A stretch of 64,000 nucleotides of DNA, from positions 6,200-70,199 of the forward strand of contig CAZHYG010000001.1 in NCBI GenBank assembly GCA_964536615.1, written 5' to 3'. This DNA is from an uncultured Gammaproteobacteria bacterium (GTDB lineage Bacteria > Patescibacteriota > Patescibacteriia > Magasanikbacterales > GWA2-37-8). Both the position numbers and the translations under genes were made by a program. Each line of letters starts with the position of its first letter. Position 1 is the first letter of the stretch. The notes under the pieces are model-generated. The model saw only the letters and a list, made by a program, of their open reading frames with translations, had not been told where the DNA came from and did no database searches. Positions 59,047 to 64,000 of the stretch are shown here, one piece after another.

Positions 59047-60543
59047 ATGTCCACAAATAATATCATTGAAGAGATAAAGAAAAATATTTCTCTGTTTCAA
59101 AAAGAAGCAGAAATGGAAGAAGTCGGAAAAGTAATAGAAGTAGGCGATGGTATCGCGCGCCTTTCTGGTTTGGGCAAATGCCAAGCGAGTGAAATGCTTG
59201 AGTTCGGCAGCGGTGAAAATATTACCTATGGTTTGGCATTAAACTTGGAAGAAGAAACTGTTGGCTGCGTATTGCTTGGTGAATATAAGCACATCAAGGA
59301 AGGGGATACCGTAAAACGAACGAACCGTATTTTGTCCGTACCAGTTGGCGAAGAGTTAGTAGGCCGTGTTGTTAATCCGCTTGGCCAGGCAATTGACGGA
59401 GGTAAGGATATTAAAACCAAAACATTTTATCCAATTGAAAAAATTGCTCCGGGTGTAATGACTCGCGAAAGAGTAAACCAACCTTTACAGACTGGTATTA
59501 AAGCTATTGATGCGCTTATTCCAGTTGGCCGCGGCCAGCGCGAGCTTATTATCGGCGACCGCCAAACTGGTAAAACTGCTGTAGCCATTGACACTATCAT
59601 CAATCAAAAAGGCAAAGATGTCATTTGTGTATACGTAGCCATCGGTCAGAAAGAATCAAAAATTGCTCGTATTGTGGCCAAACTTAAAGAAACTGGCGCA
59701 ATGGATTACACTATCGTAGTTGTCGCCGGCGCTTCACAGCCAGCTGCGCTTTCATATATCGCTCCATACGCTGGCGTATCTATGGCTGAATACTTCATGG
59801 ACAAAGGCAAAGATGTGTTATGTGTCTATGACGATCTTTCCAAGCAAGCTTGGGCTTATCGTGAAATTTCTCTTTTGCTCCGCAGACCTCCAGGCCGTGA
59901 AGCCTATCCGGGTGATGTGTTCTACTTACATTCTCGCTTATTAGAACGCGCTTGCCGCCGCAACAAAGAATTCGGCGGAGGCTCAATTACCGCGCTTCCT
60001 ATTATTGAAACTCAAGCCGGTGACGTTACCGCATATATTCCTACCAACGTAATTTCCATTACCGACGGTCAGATTTTCTTGGAAACAGATCTGTTCTATA
60101 AAGGTATTCGTCCTGCTTTAAACGTTGGTATCTCCGTGTCCCGCGTCGGTGGTGATGCTCAGATCAAACCAATGAAAAAAGTTGCTGGTAAATTAAAATT
60201 GGCTATGGCTCAATTCCGTGAAATGGAAGCATTTGCGCAATTTTCTTCTGATTTAGATGCGGAAACCAAGAATCAAATTGATTTGGGTCAGCGCTTGGTA
60301 GAAGTTCTCAAACAGCCTCAATACGAACCAATGTCGGTTGCCCACCAGGTAGCGGTTATTTACGCAGTCAGTAACGGATTTACAAACCATGTGGCTGTAA
60401 AAGATATAAGACAATGGGAAAATGATTTCCACGCGTTCCTTGACACTTCCAAAGCTCTGCTTTTAGAAAAAATTGAAGCAGGGGAATGGAATGAAGAAAT
60501 TGAAAAAGAATTAAAAGAAGCATGCGGGCAGTTTAAAAAATAG
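59047..60543 (+). CDS. atpA: ATP synthase subunit alpha
   Basis: [31 protein letters not shown]. Confidence 0.99.
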   Translation: MSTNNIIEEIKKNISLFQKEAEMEEVGKVIEVGDGIARLSGLGKCQASEMLEFGSGENITYGLALNLEEETVGCVLLGEYKHIKEGDTVKRTNRILSVPVGEELVGRVVNPLGQAIDGGKDIKTKTFYPIEKIAPGVMTRERVNQPLQTGIKAIDALIPVGRGQRELIIGDRQTGKTAVAIDTIINQKGKDVICVYVAIGQKESKIARIVAKLKETGAMDYTIVVVAGASQPAALSYIAPYAGVSMAEYFMDKGKDVLCVYDDLSKQAWAYREISLLLRRPPGREAYPGDVFYLHSRLLERACRRNKEFGGGSITALPIIETQAGDVTAYIPTNVISITDGQIFLETDLFYKGIRPALNVGISVSRVGGDAQIKPMKKVAGKLKLAMAQFREMEAFAQFSSDLDAETKNQIDLGQRLVEVLKQPQYEPMSVAHQVAVIYAVSNGFTNHVAVKDIRQWENDFHAFLDTSKALLLEKIEAGEWNEEIEKELKEACGQFKK

Positions 60544-60586
60544 TTTGAAAAGTTAACGTAATGTATTCTGCTTAGTCAAATTAAAT

Positions 60587-61540
60587 ATGGCAATTAACAC
60601 AAAAGTAATCAAACGCCGCATAAAATCCATTAGCAGCACTAAAAAAATTACCAAAGCTATGGAAATGATTGCAGCCGCCAAAATGCGCAAAGCCGTAAAC
60701 GCTGCTTTGGATACGCGCGCCTACGCCAGTGTAGCATGGGAACTTTTGGTGCAGCTTTCAAAGATGCAAAAAACTCAAGCCCCTCTTTTGGAAACTCGTC
60801 CGGTAGAAAAAATGTTGGTAATAATGATTACTTCAAACAGAGGTCTTTGCGGCAGTTTTAATGCCAACATAATCAAAAAAACCGCTGCTCAAATGAACAA
60901 TCCAAAAAAGATTGCTGTTCAATTTGCAGACGGAAAAGAAATTAACCCGCATGATAATATCTCCATAGACGTGATAGGAATTGGCAAAAAAGGTGCTGAT
61001 TTTGCCAAAAAAATGGGATACAACCTCATTGCCGCCTTTAGCGACATGAGCGACACACCGACTTTTGAAAATGCTTTACCAATTGCAAAAATGGTAATAC
61101 GCGCGTACGAAGAAAAGAAATACGATAAAGTTGTAGTGGCCTATACGGATTTCAAGTCAGCTTTATCGCAAACTGCGCGCTTGCGCCAAGTATTACCGGT
61201 TTCAGAGCGAGATTTGGAAGCAACTATTTCCGAACTAAAAGATCTTTCCGGGCAAGGTAACACAAATTTACAAACAAAATTAAATGACTATCTTTTTGAG
61301 CCAAATAAAACCGAGGTCTTGCAAGTAATTTTGCCTCGCTTAGTTGAAACACAAGTATACCAAACACTGCTTGAGTCTTCGGCCAGCGAACACAGTAGCC
61401 GTATGGTAGCCATGAAAAATGCCAGTGAAGCCGCGAAAGATATGATAAATGAGCTTAATCTAACATTTAACAAGGCCAGACAAGCAGGTATTACCCAAGA
61501 AATTGCGGAGATTGCCGGCGGAGCGGCTGCGTTGGAATAA
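60587..61540 (+). CDS. atpG: ATP synthase subunit gamma
   Basis: KITKAMEM, RGLCG.FN, SEHSSRMVAM, RQAGITQEIAEI. Confidence 0.98.
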   Translation: MAINTKVIKRRIKSISSTKKITKAMEMIAAAKMRKAVNAALDTRAYASVAWELLVQLSKMQKTQAPLLETRPVEKMLVIMITSNRGLCGSFNANIIKKTAAQMNNPKKIAVQFADGKEINPHDNISIDVIGIGKKGADFAKKMGYNLIAAFSDMSDTPTFENALPIAKMVIRAYEEKKYDKVVVAYTDFKSALSQTARLRQVLPVSERDLEATISELKDLSGQGNTNLQTKLNDYLFEPNKTEVLQVILPRLVETQVYQTLLESSASEHSSRMVAMKNASEAAKDMINELNLTFNKARQAGITQEIAEIAGGAAALE

Positions 61541-61561
61541 TCTTACTAATAATACATTTAA

Positions 61562-62938
<1,377 letters not shown>

Positions 62939-63018
62939 TCGTTCTGCGCTTGAAATTACATCGACATTTGAGAAAGAAAATTTGTTTTTCTGCTCAGGTC
63001 TAGTAATTATAAACATAT

Positions 63019-63447
63019 ATGCTTAAATTAAAAATTGTCACACCGGAAAAGACAGTATATCAAAATGAAGTTTTTCAGATTTCTGTTCCAACTACAGAAG
63101 GCGAAGTAACTATTTTGCCTCACCACATACCTCTCATTTCGGTTCTAAAAGCAGGGGAAATGCGCTTCAAAGATGCTTCCGGAGACCAGAGTATGGCCGT
63201 ATCTGGAGGGTTTTTAGAAGTCCGAGGTAAAGAGGAAATAGTGGTTTTAGCCGATCACGCTGAACGCTCAGCAGAAATTGATCTTGCTCAAACCGAAGCA
63301 GCTCATAAAAAAGCGCTGGAACAGATGGAAAAACTAAAAAATTCTGAGAATGCAGACTTTGCCAGGTTGCAAGCTGCCATAGATCGCGAAACAAATAAAT
63401 TAAAAGTTGCAAAAAAATATCGTGCTATTTCTATAAACCAACAATAA
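63019..63447 (+). CDS. atpC: ATP synthase subunit epsilon
   Basis: IVTPE, GE..ILP.H.PL, VSGGFLEV. Confidence 0.96.
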   Translation: MLKLKIVTPEKTVYQNEVFQISVPTTEGEVTILPHHIPLISVLKAGEMRFKDASGDQSMAVSGGFLEVRGKEEIVVLADHAERSAEIDLAQTEAAHKKALEQMEKLKNSENADFARLQAAIDRETNKLKVAKKYRAISINQQ

Positions 63448-63462
63448 TATCTATATATTACT

Positions 63463-63597
63463 ATGGAAAAATGCCAAAAATGCCGAACACACTTAGAAGA
63501 TTCAGACATGGCCTGCCTATGCGATGAAAGCATCTGTGTATCTTGCTGCCAATGTGAAGAAACGTGTGGTTGCGAATGTGTAGACAAGCAAGGGTAA
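63463..63597 (+). CDS. Metallothionein-like 44-aa peptide (11 Cys; not in ORF track)
   Basis: MEKCQKCRTHLEDSDMACLCDESICVSCCQCEETCGCECVDKQG, followed by a terminator. Confidence 0.7.
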   Translation: MEKCQKCRTHLEDSDMACLCDESICVSCCQCEETCGCECVDKQG

Positions 63598-63631
63598 GCC
63601 GTTGCCAAACAAGATATCATCAATTATAATA

Positions 63632-63656
63632 AATACAGCCAAAAAGGCTGTTTTTA
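63632..63656 (+). terminator. Terminator after atp operon and Cys-rich ORF
   Basis: acagcc-aaaaa-ggctgt-tttt. Confidence 0.7.
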
Positions 63657-63670
63657 TTATAATTGGCGCT

Positions 63671-64000
63671 ATGACCCAACGCATCCTTAACCAGGCGCAA
63701 CAACAAGCGGTGTCTTACTTTGACGGACCGCTCATTATTGTGGCTGGAGCGGGCACCGGAAAAACTACGGTTATTACAGAAAAAATTACCCATATTCTTA
63801 AGAGCAAGCGAGCGCGCACTTCAGAAGTTCTAGCTCTCACTTTTACCGAGAAAGCTGCAGCCGAAATGCAGGAACGAGTTGACGCCAATATTGATTCTGG
63901 CTATGTTGAGCTTCACATTTCAACTTTTCATTCTTTTTGTCAAAAAATTTTGGAGGAGTTTGCGCTGCATATTGGACTAGGCACCTCATTTACTCTGTTA
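63671..64000 (+). CDS. UvrD/PcrA-like SF1 helicase, 3'-truncated
   Basis: LNQAQQQAV, AGAGTGKT, LALTFTEKAAAEMQER, STFHSF. Confidence 0.93.
   Translation, partial: MTQRILNQAQQQAVSYFDGPLIIVAGAGTGKTTVITEKITHILKSKRARTSEVLALTFTEKAAAEMQERVDANIDSGYVELHISTFHSFCQKILEEFALHIGLGTSFTLL

Overview
AT-rich bacterial chromosome segment. By inference it is Patescibacteria/CPR (Parcubacteria-like): housekeeping genes start without a Shine-Dalgarno (SD) sequence, there is a DUF5663-like gene, the tmRNA tag is long and a giant orphan protein is present. Core genes include pilD, ligA, ppsA, tRNA-Asp, smpB-ssrA-infC-rpmI-rplT, a Mur/MraY cluster with murB, hpf, tkt, ribH, iscS, rsmI, metG, tatD, a full F1Fo atp operon and a UvrD-like helicase. 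The most striking signal is a second class of genes at about 6.8-12.3 kb, 24.2-30.3 kb and 54.8-56.4 kb. These are GC-rich orphan ORFs, usually with strong SD sites, yet driven by AT-rich sigma70-type promoters and flanked by long RNA hairpins. The largest block encodes proteins that look like diderm (myxobacterium-like) lipoproteins and a possible outer-membrane barrel. A stand-alone hairpin sRNA candidate shows an anti-SD sequence in its loop. Together these suggest, as a hypothesis, transcripts built for a foreign (host) translation and envelope system. Other notable items are an integrase-less one-gene islet at tRNA-Asp, a membrane-anchored PpsA fusion, an unusual peptidoglycan-related cluster with a LysW-like carrier, and several unlisted small ORFs. 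All family calls come from motif recognition by eye; no searches were run.
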